A stretch of DNA of 63,676 bases, counting the filler, from Octopus bimaculoides (taxonomy: Eukaryota): NCBI RefSeq assembly GCF_001194135.2. It is 5 parts of 5 records of this genome, joined end to end, with 100 filler letters (N's around TTAATTAATTAA, not from the genome) between each part and the next. Parts side by side here need not be neighbours in the genome. Positions count along the whole stretch, not along the records: positions 1 to 30,192 come from NC_068981.1; 4 more parts are not named here. One strand, written 5' to 3'. The stretch's first letter is position 1, and each line of letters starts with the position of its first letter. Under the pieces are notes generated by a model. It was not told where the DNA came from. It made no database searches and saw only the letters and a program-made list of their open reading frames with translations. The translations under genes were made by a program, and so were the position numbers. Of the stretch, positions 11,780-23,730 are shown one piece after another.

Positions 11780-13150
11780 GTAGAAATCTGCTGGCTATAA
11801 ACCTGCACTCAATTAGCATTGAACATAACACCATGATCTTCTTTTGGTGGAGAGAGAAGCTATTGTGTCTTACTGGACATCTACCTACCTACCTTAAGCT
11901 GGACAGTCCTCGGTCAATTAGGTGCTTTTCCATCACAGTCCACTTGCTCCAGTGGGTGCAAGGAGCCAAGAAATACAAGTAGCCCAAACTGCAGACTATA
12001 AATGCTGTGCAAGGCACAACAAAAAGACAAAAAAGAAGCTAGTACTCAGATGACAATGCGAGAATGGATGGGTTGTGATCATTAGAATTTCAAATAGCTT
12101 TCAGATCAGCCACATATGAAATGCAGCAGTGATTAACTGTTGAGACTACAAGTGAATATTTCAATGTTCTATGATACATGTCTCACATAAATGAAAACTT
12201 CTCATGAGAGAGAGTATGCTTTCTTCAGACTGGGAAATGGTTTAAATAAGACCACAGTTGAAAATGACTGAGCTTAGTGAAAGTAGATTTTCTCATTTGA
12301 TTTTAGACATCTGATTAGTCTTTCAACTACACATAACTCAAAGGATCAGTTTTATGACCAGCTCTCAAGATAATACAAGGGGTCTCAAGTTAGAAACAGT
12401 TACTGTTACTTAGCAACTTCAGTGCTAAAATGGATGCTGGCTACAACTCCTGACAAAGCTCCTAGGGGAAGTATGAGATTGGAAACACAAGTTGTAACAG
12501 GTAACAACTGTTTGAGTTTTGTTTGCTTACTGATGCCTATTTCTAGACTAAAACTCAACACAAAGTCTCTTAAGGATATCCCACATTCCAAACATTGCCA
12601 CTAACAAGATGTCATCACCTGAGAAATGTACTCATGACTCAATGCTGTGATACAAATCACTATTGTTTGCTTCAACCAAAGAAGTTACTTTAGGCCAAGC
12701 TTCCAAGCAAGCATTGCATTGATGCCAATAAAATCTAAGACCCCACATAAGCAGCAGAGTTCATCAAGTCACTGTAAAATGTTCTCTTTATGCACCACTG
12801 GAAGGAAGGAAATGGGACTCTTTCAGTGGAGCTATCTATATCATTGCTATGAAGGCTTTGAGAAGAAATAAGTCAATATACATGTCTAGTTTGAAGAAAG
12901 CTTACTGCTGTCATCAAGGTAAAATATACTGCACTACTAGAACATAAACAGTATCCTACTTAGACTACCCTTCATGCACTAAAGATGGCAAGGTTCAGAA
13001 AAATACTTAGTACTGCAAATGATTATGATAGTAAAGGTATCCAGTTATCATTTAATGCAGATAACATCCCTGAGGTTTGTGAGGAAATATGTAAAAAAAG
13101 CTGTGAGCAGAACCCAGAATAAAACACTGCTATATGTCAGATCAGAGGAT
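11780..13150 (+). mobile_element. Heavily decayed RTE-type LINE, AP-endonuclease region
   Basis: Remnant motifs KDQFYDQL, LLLSNFSAKM (for GDFNA) and TKTQHKVS..HPHSKHCH; boundaries approximate. Confidence 0.6.
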
Positions 13151-13462
13151 CTTGAAAGACCTATTGCATGAAAGCACAAAAGTAGCCTCCATCTTCACTT
13201 TAAATTTCAAAATTAAATATACCTTTGATTTCTCATAATGGTAGAAATTAGATGTAAAAGAGAAAAAAAATATATACTTTGATCAATATTTCAAATTGCT
13301 TTTAAGATTTAAAGAAAAAAAATTTTGTTTTGATTTTAACCTTTTGGAGGTTGAGAAATGGATTTTGTCAAAGGAATCTTTGAGAATGTTACAATTAATC
13401 TATGATTGTCAGTTATATTATTTTGGAGATATTATGCAAATGATTTTTGTTTTTACTATCAG

Positions 13463-13553
13463 GAATTTTGGTTGGCCACCTTTATTTTTACCTTGAAGAT
13501 GTATTCCCTCTACAAATGGGTGGCTTCAAAATATTGCGAACTCCTCGATTTCT
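13463..13553 (+). CDS. DERL2: Derlin-2 coding exon ([31 protein letters not shown])
   Basis: tatcag acceptor, CT|gtaagt donor; 91 nt, phase 1/2; GxxxGHxYFxLEDVFP derlin motif. Confidence 0.96.
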
Positions 13554-14545
13554 GTAAGTATTGCATTCAACTAATAAATTCTAATCTTTCCACTTAGATT
13601 TGATTTGGAATAGCTTTCTATCTATTCTGCCCTTGTGTGCAAAATTTTCATTATATACCCCAACTTTTATCAATATCAACTTTTTTCTTAATCATTCATT
13701 CCTTCTTTGTTGTCCTTAACTCACAAATTATTAACTATCTGCTCTCAATTCAGAACTTCTACATATGTTGTTATTGTCAAGTTATATTTACTTCCACTTT
13801 TCTCCCCATGAGTAGTCCAGATTTTTTAAAAAGTTGTTTCAATAATTAATACTCCCATTCATTATTTGCTTAGATTGATAGAAATATAACTGGTATATAA
13901 AGTCCACAGTTTAAAAATTTATTTGAATTTACACATTTCAAATTGCATTCTTTATCAGTTAATTATTATATCAAAAGTTCAAAGAATTGACAATTGTTAG
14001 CTCTGTAAAAGGGTAGAGATGTGAATTTGATGAATGATTGGAATATTACATGTGGTTGATTTGTGAAGAGATAAGTCTCTCAATCATATGAATCCTTTAA
14101 GTTCAAGGATTGGTATATATGAAGGAGACAATATAATTATTGTAACAATTCATCCTTCTAATACAGCAATTAAATGGTGTGGCATTTTGAATCGATAAAG
14201 CCATTTAAAAAACTCACTTATGTTTTTTCCTTTTATTGCTTTACAAACATTTTTCTTCCAGACACAATAAGTTAGATGGCCATACTCATGGAAATGAATC
14301 TTCGATCAAAGCTTTAAACAAAATGCAAAAATCATAAAAGAAGTGTTATAGAATACGCAACAATAAATACTATTCTAAAAAAATCATAATGCTGAAGAAG
14401 CAATGAGAAAAATAAATTATAAAAATAACTTTTGTAATTAATGATATAATTTGATATAAAGAAAATTAATTCCAGAAATAATGATATTTCCTTAATAATC
14501 TTTTCCTTTGTTACATTTTGTTTCTTAATTTTCATCTCTTTATAG

Positions 14546-14642
14546 TAAATATTTGATGGACACAACTGTTGAAGATCCAAATTACCAGCCATTCCCAGAG
14601 GACCGTCCAGGTGGGTTTGATTGGGGCAATAATGGAAACTAG
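14546..14642 (+). CDS. DERL2: Derlin-2 last coding exon ([32 protein letters not shown])
   Basis: ctctttatag acceptor, phase 2; EDPNY-P-PE-RPGGF-WG is typical of derlin-2/3 C-termini; TAG at 14640-14642. Confidence 0.95.
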
Positions 14643-17600
14643 AGAACTATTGTCTTGGTTTTCTTTTTTCCTCCAACTTAGAACTGATATAAAGGAGTCT
14701 GATACAATTTCAGCTTTCTGAAGACAACTGCTTTCCCACAGCATTGTGCCTTCCGCTTCACTTCATCTTGGCACTAATGTTATATGTGGTATTTTCTAAA
14801 GCAAATGACTTCACTCCTCCAACCTGACTGAACTACATCTCAAATTTATACAGCTATTCTCTTTTGGATAAATTTGTATACTTTTGATAAGGGTTATGAT
14901 AATAACAACTCTAATTAGCTTTGTTGACATCTTGTGAACTTACTGAAAATACTGCAGTTTTTTAAAACATTTCATGCAGACACTCACAGATGTGTACACA
15001 CCCAGATACATACTTGGAAAAAATCCCTACACTAATACAGACAGTATATTACACACATTCAATATTGTTTATTTAATTATTTATTTAATTATGAAAGAAA
15101 AAGTAAAAAAAAAATAAACTTTCTATTGTAGTATAAAATAACCTCTCGTCTGATGGACATTTTTTGTTTTTGTATTCACTTTGAGTTGGTTTATTGATAA
15201 CCCTATGAATCCTTAAATTGACATCATTTCTGAGATCAGCTAAATGGTGAAATATGTGTGTTCTCAAGTACTTGTATCATGAAAACTCAAAGATTTTGAT
15301 TTACTTCCTTCATCCCTGCCAGCTACTGTTGAACCTTTTGAAAATCAGATGATGTTTATGCTAATGTGATATATATATATGAAAATTGTTAAGAATTTGC
15401 TTTGGTCAAGTTCTACACAAAGGAAAATGTGCTTAGGGTTACCTCTAAGTTGGGAAAGTATGTAAGAACTATATGTAAATAATAGCGTGTGTAGGTTGCC
15501 CCCGAAGAGAAAATGACGGAAAAATAGTCTAGTGACTGTTAAAGACAATCTAATAGTTTGGATAATCATCAAAAACTTATAAATATCATATTGTTTTCTT
15601 ACAACTATCTTAGTCACCAATGTAGTTACAAAGCTTTTGGAATAATACTCTGTTACCATTAGGCTCTGCACTCTTTCCTCATTTTCCCGAATGCTTCCAG
15701 ATGTTTATTTGTGATATATGTATATATTGTATAGAATAATTCATATTTAGGAGTCTTCTCATATACCTATTGTAATTATGTTATTTATTTGAAATATTTA
15801 ATAAATCCCTATAGATACTATATCGTTTTACACATACATATTTGACTTTTCTGGCAGAGCAAAGTGACCATTATAAGACTGGTAGGGAATCTTCAGTTTC
15901 CTTTGTTTGATTTTTAAAAGGATGTAATTAAGATGGTATTATTTTTCCAAAGAATGAAGGAATGTTTACTTTGTAAACTTCTTTTATTTGTTTTAGTTGT
16001 CTTTACAGAAATCTATTATTGTTGCAGTACTTCACTTATAGCAATGTGTTGTATATCTTGTAAGGTTGTACATATAGTGGTCTGCACTAGTGTTATGACA
16101 ATATTAAGAATATGAAATAATTTTGTATTCTATTCTCAGTTTTCTTAATTCTATAAAACAATCCTATTTCAACTGCTAAGATTCAAGTGCCATATTTATA
16201 GAGGTAGAGATCCTCTTGCCTGAGCTTTGTTAACTTCATTTAATTGGAATGGATAGCTGTAAATACCTGAAAGGATAATTACGACAGCTTAAAATTATCA
16301 GTTACTTTTTAAAGTCATCTGCTTATTTAGAAAATGCTATGTTGCAAAAACAAACTAAAAACGGGTTCCATTTTACTTGTCAGCGCTTCACCTTAAATAA
16401 GCTATGATGCTTTATCATATTTGTAGAATTATTCCATACTATTTTTAATTGCCATTCTTAAAACTTTGGTCTTGGGTCTATGCTTCTACCTCAATGCTAG
16501 CTGGATTTTCCCCCATGGACCTTTGGTTATTGATCCATATTAAGTTTTGGTAAAGAGAATTTGTCTTGTAACTGATAACTAGAAATAATTGTTGTAGGGC
16601 ATTTCTGCTGTGTAATTCCATGTTATTTCCCACAATCTTACTAATTTTAAATTTGAAGGATTTTATGTTTCCCTTTCAAAATGCTATTATATCTAGTTTA
16701 CAGCCTGTTAATCCTTTTTTTTTTATTTTGTCCCATTTCCCCTTGATGAGCCAATAATAATTATGATTTGCTGCAATGAATATCAAACATTGTACTGAGG
16801 CCCAATAAGGAAATACTGTTGACTTCATGGCTTAATCATTCATGTCTTAAAACTGAGCCTTTTTTTTTTACTTCTTTAAATTAAAAAACAATAGTGATAC
16901 AAAGCCTGATAATAAGGGCTCTTTAGTCTCAATAAATTTGGTATGCCACAACCTATTTTTAGATACATCAGCTCTTGCAGTAAATTGTATTGCCTCATCC
17001 TAATAATCTCTCCATTACAACCCTCTTCAGTTGAAAATTTACATGCAAAATGCCACAAGTCTTTATTTAGCTTCATTGCAGCAGAAATAGAGATGTTTGT
17101 AATTTAGTGAATTGAATGTTTAACAAAATGGTTTTTAAAGGGTTTATTCTGTGGAACGTGAGCAAGTTTATTATGTAAACAGGGAGAGTTACAAAAGCTA
17201 AGTGAATAAGGTAATCTATTCCACAGCTGTAGAGTTGTGGGTCATATACTGTCTTTTGCCCCAACTCACCAAGCAGAAAGTGGAGGAGTACTGAAATGGA
17301 AATTACTAATTGATTTGGGGGTATACTATGATGAGAGTAAATCCTCATTTATGGAATGAAAGATAATTATAAGTAGAATATTACATTTACTATTACAATA
17401 ATGATCATAAATTCAAAAATATTTTTGTGTTTTTCTTTTATTAATTAAAATATCAAATTCTTTAAAAAGTCTGAAATTAAAAAGAAATTATGGATTTATA
17501 ATTATAATTGCAATAACATATTTAAGCTGTATCTTATTTATTTTTCTCGAGGATGAAGAAATGTTCCTTCCAAAGGTTTCTCTATTTGTTAGGGAGTGGG

Positions 17601-18957
17601 TGTCAGAAACAGCTAGAAGTTATGTTCATACTTTCCCAAGGAGATTGGGGAAATATATGTGCTAAAGTCTCCAACTGAGGATGAAATATAGATTGGGATT
17701 ATTTTTGCTGGAAGCATAACACCTTTTTTTGTCTTTTTTAGAATGCTACAACAAACTATTTAATGAATTAAAAGTTTTTCTTCTTTAAATTGGTTACTTG
17801 TTAAGGAATTTGGATATTAATTTCGAGCTTGTGAGAGAAACAGTATTTAAAAATTGATATTCAATCATACCTTTTAAATATTTACCATCTCTCTTGGGGC
17901 TTTTCCTATTGGAATTATACTACACCTTTCTATGTAGAATGGCAATTTTTCAGTTGTTACATGAATCAATTGTTACCTTAATCTAGTGAATAACTTTCAT
18001 TGGTTTTTCACTGGAGTATGCTGCTAACATTAAGCAGGAGTGCTACAACAATAGCTCTACCATAGGCTTGGAACATTCATATTTAAATTAACTTCTAAAA
18101 GAAAATCAGTTGTGCCACATTAAGGTAGATGAGTTTTATACTGTCATGAAAGGGGTAGATGAAACATCTCTATAATACGATATTTCACAGGTTCAAATCA
18201 ATGAAATAAAACTTCCAGGAATTATGTAAATGGTGTTGAGGCAGTATGTATTATTTGAAAAATTTGATACCATGTTTTCATGTTTCTATGTTCTAAGATG
18301 GATAATGTGTTTCTATTTATTTTAAACAAAGGTTATCAAAGAAAGGCCCAGACTGAAGCTTTTAATGCTGTGTTTTATATATCTTGTAGCACTATCTCTG
18401 TTTAGTTCTTTGAAATTATTTCAGTAGCTCTCTCATTGGAATAATAATGTCAGGCAAAAATTATCTTTGTTAGACATGTCATGTATGTGTTCTTTAAATG
18501 TTATTCATAAATCCCTTTCCTCAAATTTAAAACAAAGTCCTTAATTCAGTATATTTTTTTAAATATCTCAATTATTTGGAATATATTTTATTAAATATTT
18601 TTTCTAACAACCAAATCTCTATATGATCAATATCATTTAAAAAAGAAAATGTCTTTTTTCCTCGTGTAAATGGGTCTTATCTGATATCCTTCAACAAATA
18701 ACTTAATATTTAGACACTTCAATCACATGACAGTTTTATTTAAATTTTGATTTAAAAAATTAAACTGGTGTTATTAGATTTATTTTTTTTTAGTTATTTG
18801 CTTAGATTCTTCTGTACAATGTGTTTCGTTCTCGTTTTGTCAAAAGTGAAACATACATAACACTCTTTACTCGGCTGTTTATTCCTTTTGTACCTAAGAA
18901 AAAAAAACATCATTGTCAGCTTATTAAGCTACATCGTAAGTTGTATATAGCCTGTAT

Positions 18958-18963
18958 AATAAA
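18958..18963 (+). terminator. Candidate polyadenylation signal of Derlin-2 (would give a ~4.3 kb 3'UTR)
   Basis: AATAAA followed by U-rich sequence near the end of a stretch (14643 to ~19400) with no recognisable SINE; other AATAAA sites exist upstream. Confidence 0.3.
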
Positions 18964-19439
18964 ATTTTCATTCAGAATTTCTTGGAAAATGTCTTATTAC
19001 TTTTCTTTTTCTAATCCTTTAAATGCAAAATTAAATTCCATGGTGATTCCAGTAATGATGTTAAATATCTACGAAAATACAGAATTGGTATCCTTTGCAG
19101 GACATGTTGCCTCACTAAACTTGACATGTCTCAACAAGAAAAAAAAAATTCAAACATAACACTCTGTAACGAAATATAGACTGGTATATAAAACTGCTTT
19201 CTGCAATTTTGAGTGGATATATCTGATTTCTGCAGTGAAAGGATTGTTTTTTTATAAATGAATATTTACAAAAATTACAACTTTAAGATTTAAGAAAATG
19301 TATTTCTTTTAAGGAATTGAGCCAAGAGTTATTATTGTTACCAAATCCAAAATTTGTTTAGATTAGAATGTATAATTTGATTATAAACTTGCAATCATTT
19401 AGGAAGTTGGCTGAAGGAAAAATTGGTTGTTATATCCAT

Positions 19440-19610
19440 TATCATCATCATTTAATGTCCGTTTTCCGTGCTGGCATGGGTTGGACAATTTGAGTGGATT
19501 TGAGAAGGCTAGAGCCCACACCAGGTTTGTTCTAGCATGATTTCTATGGCTAGATGCTCTTCCTACTACCAACCACTCCACAGAATGTACTGGATGCTTT
19601 TTACATTGTA
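19440..19610 (-). mobile_element. SINE family A, diverged copy
   Basis: catcatcatttaatgtccgttttcc...gctagatgctcttcctactaccaacc. Confidence 0.75.
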
Positions 19611-20760
19611 CTGCTAAGCTAAATATTGATATATCATCTCCATTTAATTTACTGCAACCCTATTTATCATAACTGAATGGAATTTACTTGATCTAGATGC
19701 ATACACCATTTGTTGTTTTATGTTTGCATTCTAATTTGAGGAGATGGAGGTTTTTGTTAGCTTTTATTATAAAACAAGATTTCATTTATAAAAGACATGT
19801 CTAACAACTTGGATTTCACATGTTTACTTGAAACGCTGTCTTCCCATTCCTTCCCGTGATGAGCAGAGCTTCACCAAATATGAAGTAGGTATTGGTGAAA
19901 TTGCAATTCCTGGTAGTATTTCTGGACTTCTTATCAAGTTCCAAATACAAACCAGAAGAGAATGTAGGTACAATCCTTTTTTACACAAGAAAGCCTGATC
20001 AATCTTGTAAGATATTTAGAACTATCAAAAGACACATGCTGGAGAAAAATGCAACTGAGTAACCATATAAAGCAAAATTTTAATTTAGAAGTTTATCTAA
20101 AGTTATGTTATGGTGCCTTTTTGTATATTCATCCGTAAAGTTTAAATGTTCTAGTGCATAACTGAAATTTATAACCGTTGCTCAGTACATTTTAAAAAAA
20201 TCTTGTATTAACATGGACATCTGTTCGGAAGCAACTCAATATAATTCTTTCTAATTTTGGCACATGGCTAGCAATTCTGAGGGTAGCAGGCAGGTTGATT
20301 GCATCAACCCTAGTACTTGACTGGCACTTAATGTTACCAACCCATAAAAGGATAAAAGGTTGGCCTAGGTGAGATTTGAATTTAGCATGTAATATACCAA
20401 CTGCTTTTTGCAGTTAAGGGTAATGAAATTTTGAGCAGATCTATCTGATTTCTGCTTTTATAGAAGAAATGCTGCTAAGCATTTTGTCTGATATGCTAAC
20501 AATTCTGCCACCTCACTACTTTGAAGCAATTCAATATAACGACCACTAATGAAATATTTGTGATCTTAAAGTAATTGTTATTGATAAGAGGTAGCACCTG
20601 AGTGAAAAGCTTGGCATACATTCAAATGAGTTAGTGCTAATTTCTTAGGGAATTAAAGTTCTCCTTTTTGAATTACTGAGGATTTCAAACTACATTTCTT
20701 ACACTAACACCCAAATTTAACTAGAACAGTAAATCTACAGGAGATTGCAATGAAGGATTC

Positions 20761-21186
20761 ATCATTGTTTAACGTCCGCTTTCCATGCTAGCATGGGTTG
20801 GACGATTTGACTGAGGACTGGTGAAACCGGATGGCAACACCAGGCTCCAATCTGATTTGGCAGAGTTTCTACAGCTGGATGCCCTTCCTAACGCCAACCA
20901 CTCCGAGAGTGTAGTGGGTGCTTTTACGTGTCACCCGCACGAAGACCAGTCAGGCGGTACTGGCAACGGCCACGCTCAAAATGGTGTATTTTATGTGCCA
21001 CCCGCACAAGAGCCAGTCCAGGGGCACTGGCAACGATCGCGCTCGAAAATCCTACGAAGGCCAGTCAGGCGGTACTGGCAACGGCCACACTCAAAATGGT
21101 GTATTTTATGTGCCACCCGCACAAGAGCCAGTCCAGGGGCACTGGCAACGATCTCGCTTGAAATCCTTACACATGTCACGGGTACA
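20761..21186 (-). mobile_element. SINE family A with an internal 115-bp tandem duplication
   Basis: Near-identical to 941-1250; repeat units start at 20939 and 21054. Confidence 0.88.
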
Positions 21187-21444
21187 TGGATGCTATATTA
21201 TGATAATGCAAATCACATTTAGAAAAACTATATATATATTTGATTACAGGTGTGTATGTATTATTTACATACTCATATACATAAAATGTATATATATATA
21301 CACAAATTAATTGAACAGTGAGAATGAGTGCTCAACACGGCATTGGAGGATAAATATCCTTTATTTGTGGGTTAACAAGGCTACCAACGGTTTCATGTAA
21401 AGAGATCTCTCTCTACATCAAACCATTGGTAGCCTTCTTATCTT

Positions 21445-21780
21445 TTATCTTTTACTTGTTTCAGTTACTTGACTGCAGCCATGCTGAGGCACCACCTAGA
21501 AGAATTTTAGTTGAACAAATCAACCCCAGGATTTATTTTTTTTAAAGCCTGGTACTTATTCTATTGGTCTGTTTTGCTGAACTGCTAAGTTACAGGACGT
21601 ATGATGGGCTTCTTTCAGTTTTCCTCTACCAAATCCACTCACAAAGCTTTGGTCGGCCTGAGACTATAGTAGAAGACACTTGCCCAAGGTATTATACAGT
21701 GGGACTGAACTCTGGACCATGTGGTTGAGAAGCAAGCTTCTTACCACACAGTTATGCCTGCGCTGTTAACCCACAAACCT
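21445..21780 (-). mobile_element. tRNA-derived SINE family B
   Basis: Shared core ccaaatccactcacaaagctttggtcggcc...gaagacacttgcccaagg; further copies at ~26115-26310, 30310-30475, 35850-35975, 58655-58790. Confidence 0.85.
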
Positions 21781-22195
21781 ATGTGTATATATATATATAT
21801 ATATANNNNNNNNNNNNNNNNNNNNNNNNNNNNNNNNNNNNNNNNNNNNNNNNNNNNNNNNNNNNNNNNNNNNNNNNNNNNNNNNNNNNNNNNNNNNNNN
21901 NNNNNATATGAGAGAGAGAGAATAAAAAATGGTTTGTGATAGGAAAAAGCTGAAGCTAGGTTTGGAATATTGTTGTTTAAAGAAAGGCATTCTAGCCATG
22001 ACCATCCCAACCTCTTTTTCAGGTATTGTGTATCTAGGACTGCATTATTCAGTGTCCCACTTTTTTTCAAAAACGTCTGAAGTGTAATTTGCATTTTTTT
22101 GCAAATGACACCCTACGCTTGTTCTGTTTAAGAAACAAAAAAAGTTAAAATTATTTCTGGTAATAAGTAAAAGAAATCATCTTGGAAACAACATC

Positions 22196-22201
22196 TTTAT
22201 T
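22196..22201 (-). terminator. Candidate polyadenylation signal of the minus-strand gene (~0.8 kb 3'UTR)
   Basis: AATAAA on the minus strand ~780 nt after the stop, followed by U-rich sequence. Confidence 0.45.
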
Positions 22202-22981
22202 ACATGGAACAGCTTTTGCAGCAGGCTGCATCCAACATAGCTCAACATGCTGTCATACTGGTAGGTTTACAGAAAGTTACTATAAATTAAAAATAAATAA
22301 GTAACATATATAACAATATGAGAAAATAAATAAAAGATCTCACAAATAAAAGGAATATACATACATATGCCCATTTTATATACATATATAAACATACACA
22401 AGCACACATTCATAAGCATGCACACAAACACAAACATTCAAGCACATGAGCGTTTGTGTGTGTATATATGTATGAGTAAATGATACAAGTATGTTATAAA
22501 TTATTAAAATAATATTGTAAAAAATAAAGCATTTCTGTGTGTAGATATAAATTCTTTCTGGAACTATGAGAAAGACTGTGTAAAAATACATTATCTCGAT
22601 AAATTTTTTGCAATTCTTTAATAAAATCCAGACAAATGCCAACTAGAATGGGCACTGTTACCAGCAATAACCTAAACCATTTCACTTCCATCATACAAAA
22701 GAAAACTGAACTGATTCTACTATTAATAAATCATCATTAGTTTTTCTTACAGAAGGATGAGAGAGATTTTACAGCTTTACTTCACTGTGCTGTGGGTATG
22801 TGCAAGTATATACAAACACCCACATAGGTGCTGGTGTATGTGCATTTCTGCATACATATTAATTCATTCAATATTTATTTAGATGTTAGCTATACACTGT
22901 ACATGGTATTTTATGTACAAGAATAGACAATATATACATGAGTGTGTGTGTGGGTATGTATAAGACCTTGGCAACAAAGTA

Positions 22982-23730
22982 TCACGTAGTTGTAGAGGTT
23001 ACTGCCATAGATACCTGTACTGCCGTGGTAGTAGGCACTGTCACCATCACAAGGGGTTTGGTTGTAACTGTTTGACCAACAACTTGGTTGCTGGGAAACA
23101 GCTGGTACTGGACCCGTGGAATCACATTTAACTGAGTGGCTTGGTTAAGCCCTGGAGACATATGGACAGCCGATGACATCATTGCCATGGGTGAAACAAT
23201 CTGTGATACAGACTTCATAGGAGTCAATGGAACAACTGAGTGACTGGAGGAAATGCTTGATGGACTGTTAGACATTGTGGTAACAACTGAAGAACCTACA
23301 TTAGTAACATTGTTTAGTATTTGTGTCCTTGTTATCGACTGCCCTAATAAAGGATTCACAGTAATAGGGCTACCAGGCAAAATCTGTGTGGCTGGTGTTG
23401 CAAGAATTTGTTTTACAGCAGACATCACTGGCAAAGTCTGCGTTACAATAGGGTGTGCCACTGATATAACATTTGTTGAAGGAGCTGTTGAAGTTGTGGA
23501 TGACACCACTAATCCAGTCAGAGTATTAGATGCTTCGATAGTTTTCTTAGATTGGCTTATAGGAGTAGTCAAAGTTGCAACTTTGGTAATTCCAGACACT
23601 TTGATGCCAGTTGGTTGAAGACCTGGCTTAATAATGCTTGGAGTCATTGGAACTACTGAACGAACAGAATTTGTACTTCTTCCAAGTTGGCTCACAGATT
23701 TCAAGGTCTTTGATGCTTGAACTGTTGTAA
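22982..23730 (-). CDS. Last coding exon of an unidentified low-complexity T/S/V/P-rich protein (V-TTVQASKTLKSVSQLGRS...KPLVMVTVPTTTAVQVSMAVTSTTT*)
   Basis: tgtatttcag acceptor at 23731-23732; 749 nt open frame to TGA; GC-richer than the flanks; phase 1 matches the upstream exon. Confidence 0.85.
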
